This document shows, in pieces, positions 1 through 15,001 of a stretch of DNA of 64,000 bases; within the stretch, counting starts at the first letter, position 1; each line of letters opens with the position of its first letter. The stretch spans positions 226,300,001-226,364,000 of the forward strand of contig OZ024741.1 of the NCBI GenBank assembly GCA_964016885.1, in the 5' to 3' direction. The notes under the pieces were generated by a model, which had not been told where the DNA came from, did no database searches, and saw nothing but the letters and a program-made list of their open reading frames with translations. The translations under genes and the position numbers were made by a program. The DNA is from Eledone cirrhosa. Its lineage: Eukaryota.

Positions 1-1
1 T

Positions 2-895
2 GAAGGATACGCTTTTGCAATCCAGGAACAGGAGATTAGCACGAAATACCTGATTCACAAAAAAGATAGGGATGCAGGCAAAGCACCTAGATGTGATAAC
101 AAGTGCAGACTCTGCAGAACTAACATCGATGTTATCACCCATGTCATCAGCAGCTGTCCAAAGATATCATCCCGGTACTATCTACCTATGAGGCATGATG
201 TAGTTGCCAAAAAATTGTACAATGCAGTTCGTAAAAAAGATAGCCTCGATAATAAACACATTAAAAGCTACAACAATGTGGAAGACATCCATGTACATAA
301 TATGAAAGAGTACTGGTGGAATGTTCCAGTAAAAACCCCAATAAAATGCAGGCATAACAGACCAGATATTATGATATGGGACAGGGAGAATAAAACATGC
401 ACAGTAGTGGAAATTAGCTGCCCAACAGATGCAAATATAATATCAAAGATTAGTGAAAAGGAGAAGATTTATGCAGAACTGATGAGAAATCTGCAGATAC
501 TCCACTCTGATTATACCTTCAAATTTATGCCTGTGATTATTGGGGCACTGGGATATGTTAGTAACTGCCTCAATACAAATCTTGAGAAGCTAGGCTTCAC
601 AGGAACAGAAAGAACACAACTAGTTAGGAAATTACAAGTACAATCCATTAAGGGAACAGTAAAAAATATGTAAAACATTCCAAAGATTTTGCATCTAATA
701 ACTGCATATACACATGTAGAGATACAAAGCATGTACACATCCACATATACAATAACATCCATATCTACACATGCATACATACGTATCTCCCTAGTTGATG
801 TTGTGTAAATTCCAATGAGAGAGTCTTGTGTCTATGTTAGGAACCGACTCTCTCTCTATTGGTAAAACTTTGTGAAATTATAAAACCAGAAGAAC
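2..895 (+). mobile_element. 3' end of R4/Dong-like non-LTR retrotransposon (zinc finger + restriction-like endonuclease), ORF 2-673 plus 3' UTR
   Basis: Frame 2 is open from the window start: EGYAFAIQEQ..CRLC..HVISSC..RHDVVAK..RPDIMIWD..VVEISCP..EKEKIY..PVIIGALG, the CCHC and PD-(D/E)xK motifs of REL-type LINEs; the 3' UTR runs into (TACA)n at about 895. Confidence 0.85.
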
Positions 896-1165
896 ATACA
901 TACATACATACATACATACATACATACATACATACATACATACATACATGCATATATTCATACCTACATATATACACACATACATAGATGCATAGATTCA
1001 TACATACATACACACATCGATACTTACATACAAACATATATACATATATACATACATATATACATACATATATACAAACATACATACAGCCATGCATACA
1101 CGCAACACATACATACATACATACATACATACATACATACATACATACATACATACATACATACA
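895..1165. repeat. (TACA)n microsatellite, imperfect
   Basis: Read directly. Confidence 0.95.
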
Positions 1166-1489
1166 AACTCTCATACCATCCTACACACATGTTAAATGGC
1201 GCAGATATTTTTGCTTTTTGTTTTGTAAGGTTATTTCAGAAGCATTCCAAAGTAACAAAACGAATGGTTTCTTCTTGTGAAATAAATACTAAAAGTATGA
1301 AGACGTTGATATACACCTAGAATAGAGCAACAACAACAACAATAACAACAATAGCATATATAAATAGATCAATAGATCGATAAATAGAGAAATAGATGTT
1401 TTGTACACATCATTGATCAATATATAAATAAAAACACAATGTGTGTATGAATATAAGTGTGTGTGTATATATATATATATACACACACC

Positions 1490-1548
<59 letters not shown>

Positions 1549-1776
1549 ATATATATAAATATATATGTGTATATATATATTTATATATATATATATATAT
1601 ACGTGTCTGTGTGTGTATGTGTGTGCATACGTAAATACATATATACATATATATTTAGGTAGATATGTATGTATATGTGGGCATGTACGTATGCATGTGT
1701 TTATGTGTATATGCGTGTTTGAACACTCATCTGTACGAATAACGATATTAAGGAAAATAAATGTTATATGTGTGTG

Positions 1777-1865
<89 letters not shown>

Positions 1866-1877
1866 TTAATATAGATG

Positions 1878-1928
1878 AGATTCTACAGGACTAGAACTGT
1901 TTCATTCATTAGAAATCATCAGGAATCT
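1878..1928 (-). ncRNA. Type I hammerhead ribozyme motif
   Basis: Reverse complement of the 2148-2198 motif. Confidence 0.75.
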
Positions 1929-2147
1929 GGGTATCAAAATTAAATATGGTATTTATAGGTCTCTACAAGTGGTAGGAGAGGGTGGGGAGTTGGATGGGTG
2001 CAGGTCTAAAAATTAACTATAGCTTTGTAGAATTAGCTTTTAATGAATTCCCTTTTCTATCAACCAATGACCTGCACCCATCCAACTCCCCACCCTCTCC
2101 TACCACTTGTAGAGACCTATAAATACCATATTTATTTTTTGATACCC

Positions 2148-2198
2148 AGATTCCTGATGATTTCTAATGAATGAAACAGTTCTAGTCCTGTAGAATCT
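2148..2198 (+). ncRNA. Type I hammerhead ribozyme motif
   Basis: AGATTC-CTGATGA-tTTCtaatGAAt-GAAA-CAG ttctagtc CTG-TA-GAATCT: core intact, stems I-III pair, GUA cleavage triplet. Confidence 0.8.
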
Positions 2199-2280
2199 CA
2201 TCTATATTAAAACTGTTATACTCTGCTATGTATTGAGTACCTTACTTACTGTGGTTACCTCCGATTCAACCCGGAATAAC

Positions 2281-2360
<80 letters not shown>

Positions 2361-2524
2361 GCGTGTGTGTGTGTATGTATGTATATATATGTATATATAG
2401 TTATGCACATGCACAACTGTGTATTGTAATCTGACATACAAATTCGCAATCATACAAGACACATATGCCCTGAATCATAAACACATACACTCAACGTTAT
2501 GTATTATAGTATTATATAACCATT

Positions 2525-2663
2525 GACTATCGCTAGAGCGTTGGACACCATGCTTTGCAGCATAGAGTTATGGCCCTTTTCCTTCTGGGTTCAAATCCCG
2601 CCCAGGTTAACTTTGCCTTTCATCAGTAATTGCTGGCCTTGTGCCAAAAGTAGAAACAATTAT
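2525..2663 (+). mobile_element. tRNA-derived SINE, family 1 (internally deleted)
   Basis: B-box-like GGTTCAAATCCC, CTTTGCCTTTCATC and the 3' end GCTGGCCTTGTGCCAAAAGTAGAAACAATTAT, shared with copies across the window. Confidence 0.75.
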
Positions 2664-2899
2664 ATAGCTATATATATGGACCTGTCCCTGCACACGCACA
2701 CACTGTACTTAAGTCCGCCTGCACAATAATACTATATATATATATTTTAAAATTTTCTTATCAAGATCTTCGATCATCGTTTTTTTTTTCGGCTTTTTTG
2801 ATATTTCATAGGTTTCAGATGCAAAATGTTTCTCTATTACAAAAATGTGACAATCTTCGCCTCAACTACTTCTGCTTCTGTTCCATTATCTCTTTTCAC

Positions 2900-3115
2900 C
2901 ACCTCCATCACCACCACCACCAAAACAATAATCACCATGACAGTCAATATTACTTCCCGCTTCTTACCTATCATCATCATCACCATCAGCAGCAGCAGCA
3001 GCATCAGCATCATCATCAGCATCATCACCATCTCTACCAAACTCCTCATCACCTCTCCTCATCAACATCATCATTTTCTGTTACTACTACTACTACTACT
3101 ACTACTACATCAACA

Positions 3116-3157
<42 letters not shown>

Positions 3158-3281
3158 GCTGCTGCTGCTACTGCTGCTGCTGCTACTGTTGCTACTGCTA
3201 CTGCTGCTACTGCTGCTGCTGCTGTTGTTGCTACTATTACTGTTGCTGCTGTTGTTACTACTACTACTGCTACTACTACTG

Positions 3282-3316
<35 letters not shown>

Positions 3317-3415
3317 GCTGCCGTTGCTGCTGCTACCACTGCCACTGCTGCTACTACTACTGTTGCTGCTGTTGTTACCCTTACTGTTGTTATTGTAGTT
3401 GCTTTTGTTGCTATT
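2900..3415. repeat. Compound trinucleotide low-complexity tract (CAT/CAG/TAC/TGC)
   Basis: Read directly; explains the poly-H/Q/T/A/L ORFs. Confidence 0.9.
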
Positions 3416-3479
3416 TATCTGTTCTTGCCTCTTCAGATAATTTTTGGTGTATCTGTTTGTTTTTTATTGGTGGTTGTAC

Positions 3480-3546
<67 letters not shown>

Positions 3547-3782
3547 AGTATGCATGTATACGTACATACATATATGTATACAGACGTACAGTAGCATGCA
3601 CATATATATATATATATACATATATACATACATATGCATACAGGTACACATACATATATGCACGTATCAGTTTAGCGGCGCTAACGTCGCTTTGTTCGTT
3701 TGTAAACAAACTGAACAGCCTGAATTTATGCCATACGGTGTTAAGGCAACCACGTCACCTTTTTGTTCAACACTGACACAGG

Positions 3783-3827
3783 AACGATGTACTAGTTTCA
3801 AGCTTGTTAGCTATCATCAGCACCGTT
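3783..3827 (-). ncRNA. Minimal type I hammerhead ribozyme (array unit)
   Basis: Reverse complement reads AACGGTG-CTGATGA-tAGCTaacaAGCTt-GAAA-CTAG-TA-CATCGTT. Confidence 0.85.
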
Positions 3828-4248
3828 TACCCATCTGCCAGATAGTTGAACGGTCGAAAGTATATACTTTCCTTATGAAAATTAACGGCTGAGCAGCCTA
3901 ATTTGCATATTGAGTGAGTTAAATCGGTCAGGCATACCGAAAACGATAAATTGAAACAAAATGAAAACGAAATTTCATTTCTCACTCTTAGTATGGCACT
4001 TACTTAAATGTAAGTATGCATGTATACGTACATACATATATGTATACAGACGTACAGTAGCATGCACATATATATATATATATACATATATACATACATA
4101 TGCATACAGGTACACATACATATATGCACGTATCAGTTTAGCGGCGCTAACGTCGCTTTGTTCGTTTGTAAACAAACTGAACAGCCTGAATTTATGCCAT
4201 ACGGTGTTAAGGCAACCACGTCACCTTTTTGTTCAACACTGACACAGG

Positions 4249-4293
4249 AACGATGTACTAGTTTCAAGCTTGTTAGCTATCATCAGCACCGTT
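4249..4293 (-). ncRNA. Minimal type I hammerhead ribozyme (array unit)
   Basis: Identical copy, +466 bp. Confidence 0.85.
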
Positions 4294-4714
4294 TACCCAT
4301 CTGCCAGATAGTTGAACGGTCGAAAGTATATACTTTCCTTATGAAAATTAACGGCTGAGCAGCCTAATTTGCATATTGAGTGAGTTAAATCGGTCAGGCA
4401 TACCGAAAACGATAAATTGAAACAAAATGAAAACGAAATTTCATTTCTCACTCTTAGTATGGCACTTACTTAAATGTAAGTATGCATGTATACGTACATA
4501 CATATATGTATACAGACGTACAGTAGCATGCACATATATATATATATATACATATATACATACATATGCATACAGGTACACATACATATATGCACGTATC
4601 AGTTTAGCGGCGCTAACGTCGCTTTGTTCGTTTGTAAACAAACTGAACAGCCTGAATTTATGCCATACGGTGTTAAGGCAACCACGTCACCTTTTTGTTC
4701 AACACTGACACAGG

Positions 4715-4759
4715 AACGATGTACTAGTTTCAAGCTTGTTAGCTATCATCAGCACCGTT
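4715..4759 (-). ncRNA. Minimal type I hammerhead ribozyme (array unit)
   Basis: Identical copy, +466 bp. Confidence 0.85.
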
Positions 4760-5180
4760 TACCCATCTGCCAGATAGTTGAACGGTCGAAAGTATATACT
4801 TTCCTTATGAAAATTAACGGCTGAGCAGCCTAATTTGCATATTGAGTGAGTTAAATCGGTCAGGCATACCGAAAACGATAAATTGAAACAAAATGAAAAC
4901 GAAATTTCATTTCTCACTCTTAGTATGGCACTTACTTAAATGTAAGTATGCATGTATACGTACATACATATATGTATACAGACGTACAGTAGCATGCACA
5001 TATATATATATATATACATATATACATACATATGCATACAGGTACACATACATATATGCACGTATCAGTTTAGCGGCGCTAACGTCGCTTTGTTCGTTTG
5101 TAAACAAACTGAACAGCCTGAATTTATGCCATACGGTGTTAAGGCAACCACGTCACCTTTTTGTTCAACACTGACACAGG

Positions 5181-5225
5181 AACGATGTACTAGTTTCAAG
5201 CTTGTTAGCTATCATCAGCACCGTT
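5181..5225 (-). ncRNA. Minimal type I hammerhead ribozyme (array unit)
   Basis: Identical copy, +466 bp. Confidence 0.85.
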
Positions 5226-5646
5226 TACCCATCTGCCAGATAGTTGAACGGTCGAAAGTATATACTTTCCTTATGAAAATTAACGGCTGAGCAGCCTAAT
5301 TTGCATATTGAGTGAGTTAAATCGGTCAGGCATACCGAAAACGATAAATTGAAACAAAATGAAAACGAAATTTCATTTCTCACTCTTAGTATGGCACTTA
5401 CTTAAATGTAAGTATGCATGTATACGTACATACATATATGTATACAGACGTACAGTAGCATGCACATATATATATATATATACATATATACATACATATG
5501 CATACAGGTACACATACATATATGCACGTATCAGTTTAGCGGCGCTAACGTCGCTTTGTTCGTTTGTAAACAAACTGAACAGCCTGAATTTATGCCATAC
5601 GGTGTTAAGGCAACCACGTCACCTTTTTGTTCAACACTGACACAGG

Positions 5647-5691
5647 AACGATGTACTAGTTTCAAGCTTGTTAGCTATCATCAGCACCGTT
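5647..5691 (-). ncRNA. Minimal type I hammerhead ribozyme (array unit)
   Basis: Identical copy, +466 bp; the next copy (6113-6143) is cut off and lacks CTGATGA. Confidence 0.85.
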
Positions 5692-6141
5692 TACCCATCT
5701 GCCAGATAGTTGAACGGTCGAAAGTATATACTTTCCTTATGAAAATTAACGGCTGAGCAGCCTAATTTGCATATTGAGTGAGTTAAATCGGTCAGGCATA
5801 CCGAAAACGATAAATTGAAACAAAATGAAAACGAAATTTCATTTCTCACTCTTAGTATGGCACTTACTTAAATGTAAGTATGCATGTATACGTACATACA
5901 TATATGTATACAGACGTACAGTAGCATGCACATATATATATATATATACATATATACATACATATGCATACAGGTACACATACATATATGCACGTATCAG
6001 TTTAGCGGCGCTAACGTCGCTTTGTTCGTTTGTAAACAAACTGAACAGCCTGAATTTATGCCATACGGTGTTAAGGCAACCACGTCACCTTTTTGTTCAA
6101 CACTGACACAGGAACGATGTACTAGTTTCAAGCTTGTTAGC

Positions 6142-6176
<35 letters not shown>

Positions 6177-6335
6177 GTGCATGCTACTGTACGTCTGTAT
6201 ACATATATGTATGTACGTATACATGCATACTTACATTTAAGTAAGTGCCATACTAAGAGTGAGAAATGAAATTTCGTTTTCATTTTGTTTCAATTTATCG
6301 TTTTCGGTATGCCTGACCGATTTAACTCACTCAAT

Positions 6336-6343
6336 ATGCAAAT
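6336..6343 (+). promoter_or_regulatory. Octamer motif ATGCAAAT, one per array unit, about 80 nt upstream of the HHR core
   Basis: Perfect POU-binding octamer (ATTTGCAT at 3901-3908 in the left arm); retained in the diverged relative at 36042 and 36107. Function is inferred only. Confidence 0.4.
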
Positions 6344-6416
6344 TAGGCTGCTCAGCCGTTAATTTTCATAAGGAAAGTATATACTTTCGACCGTTCAACT
6401 ATCTGGCAGATGGGTA

Positions 6417-6461
6417 AACGGTGCTGATGATAGCTAACAAGCTTGAAACTAGTACATCGTT
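6417..6461 (+). ncRNA. Minimal type I hammerhead ribozyme (array unit)
   Basis: Stem I AACGGTG/CATCGTT, CTGATGA 6424-6430, stem II AGCT/AGCT, GAAA 6445-6448, palindromic ACTAGT stem III, predicted cleavage after GUA at 6454. Confidence 0.87.
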
Positions 6462-6882
6462 CCTGTGTCAGTGTTGAACAAAAAGGTGACGTGGTTGCCT
6501 TAACACCGTATGGCATAAATTCAGGCTGTTCAGTTTGTTTACAAACGAACAAAGCGACGTTAGCGCCGCTAAACTGATACGTGCATATATGTATGTGTAC
6601 CTGTATGCATATGTATGTATATATGTATATATATATATATATGTGCATGCTACTGTACGTCTGTATACATATATGTATGTACGTATACATGCATACTTAC
6701 ATTTAAGTAAGTGCCATACTAAGAGTGAGAAATGAAATTTCGTTTTCATTTTGTTTCAATTTATCGTTTTCGGTATGCCTGACCGATTTAACTCACTCAA
6801 TATGCAAATTAGGCTGCTCAGCCGTTAATTTTCATAAGGAAAGTATATACTTTCGACCGTTCAACTATCTGGCAGATGGGTA

Positions 6883-6927
6883 AACGGTGCTGATGATAGC
6901 TAACAAGCTTGAAACTAGTACATCGTT
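6883..6927 (+). ncRNA. Minimal type I hammerhead ribozyme (array unit)
   Basis: Identical copy, +466 bp. Confidence 0.85.
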
Positions 6928-7348
6928 CCTGTGTCAGTGTTGAACAAAAAGGTGACGTGGTTGCCTTAACACCGTATGGCATAAATTCAGGCTGTTCAGT
7001 TTGTTTACAAACGAACAAAGCGACGTTAGCGCCGCTAAACTGATACGTGCATATATGTATGTGTACCTGTATGCATATGTATGTATATATGTATATATAT
7101 ATATATATGTGCATGCTACTGTACGTCTGTATACATATATGTATGTACGTATACATGCATACTTACATTTAAGTAAGTGCCATACTAAGAGTGAGAAATG
7201 AAATTTCGTTTTCATTTTGTTTCAATTTATCGTTTTCGGTATGCCTGACCGATTTAACTCACTCAATATGCAAATTAGGCTGCTCAGCCGTTAATTTTCA
7301 TAAGGAAAGTATATACTTTCGACCGTTCAACTATCTGGCAGATGGGTA

Positions 7349-7393
7349 AACGGTGCTGATGATAGCTAACAAGCTTGAAACTAGTACATCGTT
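7349..7393 (+). ncRNA. Minimal type I hammerhead ribozyme (array unit)
   Basis: Identical copy, +466 bp. Confidence 0.85.
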
Positions 7394-7814
7394 CCTGTGT
7401 CAGTGTTGAACAAAAAGGTGACGTGGTTGCCTTAACACCGTATGGCATAAATTCAGGCTGTTCAGTTTGTTTACAAACGAACAAAGCGACGTTAGCGCCG
7501 CTAAACTGATACGTGCATATATGTATGTGTACCTGTATGCATATGTATGTATATATGTATATATATATATATATGTGCATGCTACTGTACGTCTGTATAC
7601 ATATATGTATGTACGTATACATGCATACTTACATTTAAGTAAGTGCCATACTAAGAGTGAGAAATGAAATTTCGTTTTCATTTTGTTTCAATTTATCGTT
7701 TTCGGTATGCCTGACCGATTTAACTCACTCAATATGCAAATTAGGCTGCTCAGCCGTTAATTTTCATAAGGAAAGTATATACTTTCGACCGTTCAACTAT
7801 CTGGCAGATGGGTA

Positions 7815-7859
7815 AACGGTGCTGATGATAGCTAACAAGCTTGAAACTAGTACATCGTT
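7815..7859 (+). ncRNA. Minimal type I hammerhead ribozyme (array unit)
   Basis: Identical copy, +466 bp. Confidence 0.85.
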
Positions 7860-8156
7860 CCTGTGTCAGTGTTGAACAAAAAGGTGACGTGGTTGCCTTA
7901 ACACCGTATGGCATAAATTCAGGCTGTTCAGTTTGTTTACAAACGAACAAAGCGACGTTAGCGCCGCTAAACTGATACGTGCATATATGTATGTGTACCT
8001 GTATGCATATGTATGTATATATGTATATATATATATATATGTGCATGCTACTGTACGTCTGTATACATATATGTATGTACGTATACATGCATACTTACAT
8101 TTAAGTAAGTGCCATACTAAGAGTGAGAAATGAAATTTCGTTTTCATTTTGTTTCA

Positions 8157-9972
<1,816 letters not shown>

Positions 9973-9973
9973 T

Positions 9974-10008
<35 letters not shown>

Positions 10009-10644
10009 GTGTGTGTGTGTTTGCGTTTATGCGTGTGTGCGTACTTGTGGATTTGTCTATGCATTTTTGTATTTGTGTGCGTTTGTGCATGTGTGTGATG
10101 TGTGTGTGTTACTGAAAGATTATTTTCATTCTCATTAAAATTGTTGTTATTAAAATTGTTGTTATTTTCATTATTCCTTCCTTATTCTCATTATTATCAT
10201 TATTATTGTTTTCGTTATTACTATTATTATCGTCATGATCATAGGAAATAATTAAATTATATTTTAATGAAAGCGAAAGAGAACAATTTATTATTATTAT
10301 TATTTTGATTTTAATGTTACTCTTATTTATATATAATTTCTTTTTTTTACCGAATAATCGATAATTAGTTGGCAATTTTCCAAATTTGAACAAATATCAA
10401 ACGCAATTGCCTTACTTAAAGTGGTTTCGGGTTCAAACCAAAGGAAAAGAAAACATCGATTGTTTTATTTTTTAAAGCACGCCAGAATTTAATTACAAAA
10501 TTCATTTCAATTGTTAGCAATTTTGATTTCTTTTATTGCTTTCATTACTTCATTTAAAGTGATTTATTCGCGAAAATTAACTTGTTCTTCTGCCTGACAG
10601 AATAGATAAGGGTGTCGGACTAACTACCTAACATTATTTAATTA

Positions 10645-10835
10645 GGGCGGTGGATTGGCAGTATCGGTAGAGGGTCGGACGCCAAGCTTTCCAGCATAGT
10701 TACGTCCCTTTACGATCTGAGTTCAAATCCCGCCGAGGTTGACTTTGCTTTTCATCCTTACGGGGTCGATAAAATAAAGTACCAGTAATACACTGGATAA
10801 TTGCTGGCCTTGTGCCTAAAGTAGAAACAATTATT
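10645..10835 (+). mobile_element. tRNA-derived SINE, family 1 (Nin/Deu-like central domain)
   Basis: GGCGGTGGATTGGCAGTATCGG head, GAGTTCAAATCCC B box, GCTTTTCATCCTTACGGGGTCGATAAAATAAAGTACCAG core. Confidence 0.85.
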
Positions 10836-12545
10836 TAATTATTTTCCAAGTTTGTGTATTCTGTTAAGGTCATTCTGCCTTTTACACTTTCGGGTTTCTT
10901 TAAATAAAAAGAAATCGTTTGATAAATACTGTGATTCGATATAATGCATGGTATCGTTCTTTGAAATATCTCCCATTGTACCTATGTTAGAAATTATTAT
11001 CTTAAATATTAAAGAATACTAAAGAAATATTAGTATTGTCGGACAAAATGTATTTACTGTATCTTGATGCAACACTTTATGGCTTGAAATATAATCCCAC
11101 CATGATCATCTCTGTCATGTAATGAACATAACCGAATAGATCGTTCCCAGTATTTATTTTACCAGCAATCATGAAATTATGAAAGGCAAAATCGACTTAT
11201 AATATAGAACATACAGTTACACAATCAAATTAGGCAACGCACTTTTCTGACGTATCGATTCTGTCAATTCAGCAGCCTTTATTATCCATATGAATACTAA
11301 GAGACAATTGTTTGGTCGAATAATTGGCAGAAGACTGGAGAAGATACATTGTGGCATTTTGTTATGGCCCTTTACGTTCCTAATTTAAATACTACCTATA
11401 TAAATTATGCTGTCCTTTGTTCTAAGATTTATAATGGAAGTTCTAATATCCCAATTCGAGGACATAAAATGGCCGACAGCCAGAGACCATATCCTGTCAA
11501 ATAACGTAACTTAGTGTATTAGTTTTAACCCCTTTATATACAAACTTCAATGTTTGAAATAACTTGGTTTCACTGATCGTGTCAAGAAAGATATTTAATT
11601 CATATATCTGAGAAAATACAAGCAATTTAGTCATTTTATGTTATTTCATAAAATGTGCCCTTGTGTTACAAATCAGTATCAAAGTCAATATTGTGTCAGC
11701 AATAGTTAATCTTTTGTGCAGAAAGAGTCAATTCATTGTCGAGAAAGGGGTAATTCCTTTCAGAATGAGAACTGATCAATTGTTGACAAGAAACTACACA
11801 TCGCATTGAAGAGATTTATTCCATGTAGAGCAAGATCTACGTCCTTGTGGGCTAAGAGTTAATCATTTGTAGAGCAAGTGCGAAATCTTTGTAGAGTTAT
11901 ATCTAAATCATTGTTTTTTCTGCTTTTCCATTTGTCGGGTTTGCTATTGCTTTTATCAGAATCTGTTAACATAAAATTGGTTTTACTTATTTTTTTTCAG
12001 AACTTCCTTATCAATATATTGTTTCTGGTTAGCCAACAATCATTCTGTCTCTACTTGTGTATTGCATAAACGTAGCATATTTTGCTAAGGTGAGATGTGT
12101 TTTGATAGTGATGTTTATTTATTTAGTACATATTCATCGGTTGGTTCACTAGTTGACCTTGTTCTGATACAGTACACCATTATTTCTTTTAGGGTGTGCA
12201 TAGGATAAACATATCAGTGTGGTGATTATAGCACTGGTGGAATAGGGGTTTGGGACTGTTGGTAGTAGAAACGATAAATGGGGGGGTGAAGTTGATAGGT
12301 CCAAGTGCTGGTTGGGATGGTGAATGTAAGCATCATGGCGGTGAGGTGGTGTGGTTCATTGTCATAATTGTAGTAGTTACGGTGGTAGTTGTATCAAATG
12401 TGGTGACACTATCATGATTATTATGATTAGAGAGGTGCCCTTCCCGGGTTCTTTCGAAGTGTCGGGTGGTTTAGGATTGGTGGGGTACCTGAGTCGCCGC
12501 CGAGTGGTTCTCACTCCTATTGGGGATTTCTTTTGTTTGTATTTT

Positions 12546-13200
<655 letters not shown>

Positions 13201-13639
13201 GTAACAATGATGGTGGTGATGAAAGTGAACAGATTCGGGTTTCAATATATAACCAGCCGATAAGATAAAAACATAAGAGTGTTTTATCGTGTGAACACGA
13301 TGTATACGCTCGCTAGTGTTGTTCTAAATGATAAGAAAAACTGGTATTTGTTGGAAGCTAAATAGCTTTAGTTAGAATATAGAGTTTGTCAGTGGAAGTA
13401 TCTGAATTTTGATTTTTTTTTTCATTTTTGTGGCGTTTTAGGTGTCCGAACCACATCCCTACTGGCTGCCATTTCGATGGAGTTGGCCATCTCCTCGATG
13501 AGCATCGAATTTTGCACGTTAGAGAGGAAAAGGGATCGAACGGGGGGGGGGGGGGGGGCGGGGATAATATGACAACCCTTCATTCGCTGATTCGTGCTGT
13601 TATCGGTGACTATTACGTACACATATACATTTACTGATT

Positions 13640-14048
13640 CAGAAGATTGGACGTGGGTGTAAAAGTCAAACAAGCAATCTTCAAATTGGTATTCGTGCCA
13701 ACCCTTACCTATGGCCAATTAATCTTGGGAAACGCCCGAAAGAATACGATCGCGTATAAACGCAGCCAAAATAGGACTCCTCGGAAGGGAAGGGTAACGT
13801 TATACGATAGAGTGCGTAGATCAGAGATCAGAGAGTTTCTCCAGATAGAGTGGCTACTTCTCCGAATTTAGAGATCATCACTCTGATACTACGGACATAT
13901 GGTAAGAATGTCTCAAGAAAGAATCATTGAACATATTTTCTGGGCAAAACCAACCGGAATGAGACCTGGGTGGATCAATTAGAAATGGTTGCTTCTAACA
14001 AGACTCATTGGAAGGAGAGTTTCAGGAACCCGCTCCCACGACCCTCCC

Positions 14049-14081
<33 letters not shown>

Positions 14082-14163
14082 AAGAAGAAGAAGAAGAAGA
14101 AGAAGAAGAAGAAGAAGAAGAAGAAGAAGAAGAAGAAGAAGAAGAAGAAGAAGAAGAAGAAGA
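13640..14163 (+). mobile_element. RTE-clade LINE 3' fragment with (GAA)n tail
   Basis: Broken frames VFVPTLTYG..VTLYDRVRRSEIRE..YYGHMVRM..KPTGMRP resemble the RTE RT C-terminus; (GAA)n at 14052-14163. Confidence 0.7.
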
Positions 14164-14436
14164 ATTAAGTCAATCTAACGGCAAGCCCCAATCTGTTTAA
14201 AATGACAACGACAGTCATAAATGTTATAAGGTTATAGTCTGTTTACATTATCGTCATTGCCACCATCGAGGCCCTTGGCAAAACGAACAATGATAGAGCT
14301 AATCTTCTTCGATAAGCAACAGTAACTTTCTATCAGTTTTGATCCAAATGATCGGCATCATAATCATAATCCGTTGTATTGGTGTATAGTCTCGGGCTGC
14401 CCAATTGTTTGTGAGTGAAATTGTGTGGAAGGCCGT

Positions 14437-14504
<68 letters not shown>

Positions 14505-14547
14505 CAAAAGGGATATTTAATTTGTTGGTAATTCAACAAATATATAT

Positions 14548-14745
14548 AGCAAAAAAACTGTGGTAAGAAACCAAGTGGACTATAACGCACCAGAGTACTC
14601 GATACTTAGGGTAGTAGAGCGGGTAATAAGAAAAGAGTCAGGACCCCGACGGTTCAGCTCCGGCCGTTTCGACAGCTAGATCCGAACATTTCGGATCTAG
14701 CTGTCGAAACGACCGGAGCTCAGCCATCGGAGTCCTGACTCTTTT

Positions 14746-14746
<1 letters not shown>
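14548..14746. mobile_element. Fold-back pLTR-like element, family B (half-hammerhead palindrome)
   Basis: Palindrome centred near 14688; each arm reads GAAACGGC..GCCGTCGGGGTC-like; tail on the left; (TA)n on the right. Confidence 0.7.
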
Positions 14747-14820
<74 letters not shown>

Positions 14821-14963
14821 ATATATATATATAGAATAAGGGTTTGACGGACCCAGCATATTTATCAATGCCAGTACCAGTTGTATCTCAGCGCACTCAA
14901 TGGGCAATGTAAGATACATTACCAGAGTACACACATAGTTATTTGCCTGAACACAACACAAGT

Positions 14964-15001
<38 letters not shown>

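Larger units (their letters stand above)
1862..2281. mobile_element. Inverted pair of PLE pLTR-like segments with hammerheads, inserted in (TA)n
   Basis: 1862-2006 is the reverse complement of 2069-2214; the right arm continues as a tail to 2281; (TA)n on both sides; an HHR in each arm. Confidence 0.75.
3545..6144 (-). mobile_element. Left arm of 466-bp hammerhead tandem array (candidate retrozyme), about 5.6 units
   Basis: Exact 466-bp period (identical ORF translations start at 3554, 4020, 4486, 4952, 5418); one HHR per unit on the minus strand; (TA)n to the left. Confidence 0.85.

Noticed and set aside
2798-3547. 249-aa His/Gln/Thr/Ala-rich ORF with hydrophobic end
   Set aside because: Made of trinucleotide microsatellites open in several frames and ending in (TA)n; no splice or domain evidence.
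3554-8147. Repeated 112-aa, 93-aa and 66-aa ORFs in the 466-bp units as a small-protein gene array
   Set aside because: They run through TA/CA repeats, show no recognisable domain, the two longer ones are antisense to the HHR, and they recur only because the DNA is repeated.
10645-10735. tRNA gene
   Set aside because: A/B-box-like motifs belong to SINE heads followed by the SINE core; no full cloverleaf.
11540-12080. Possible host exon in unique-looking sequence
   Set aside because: Stops in the frames I checked, no long ORF in the track and no recognisable motif.
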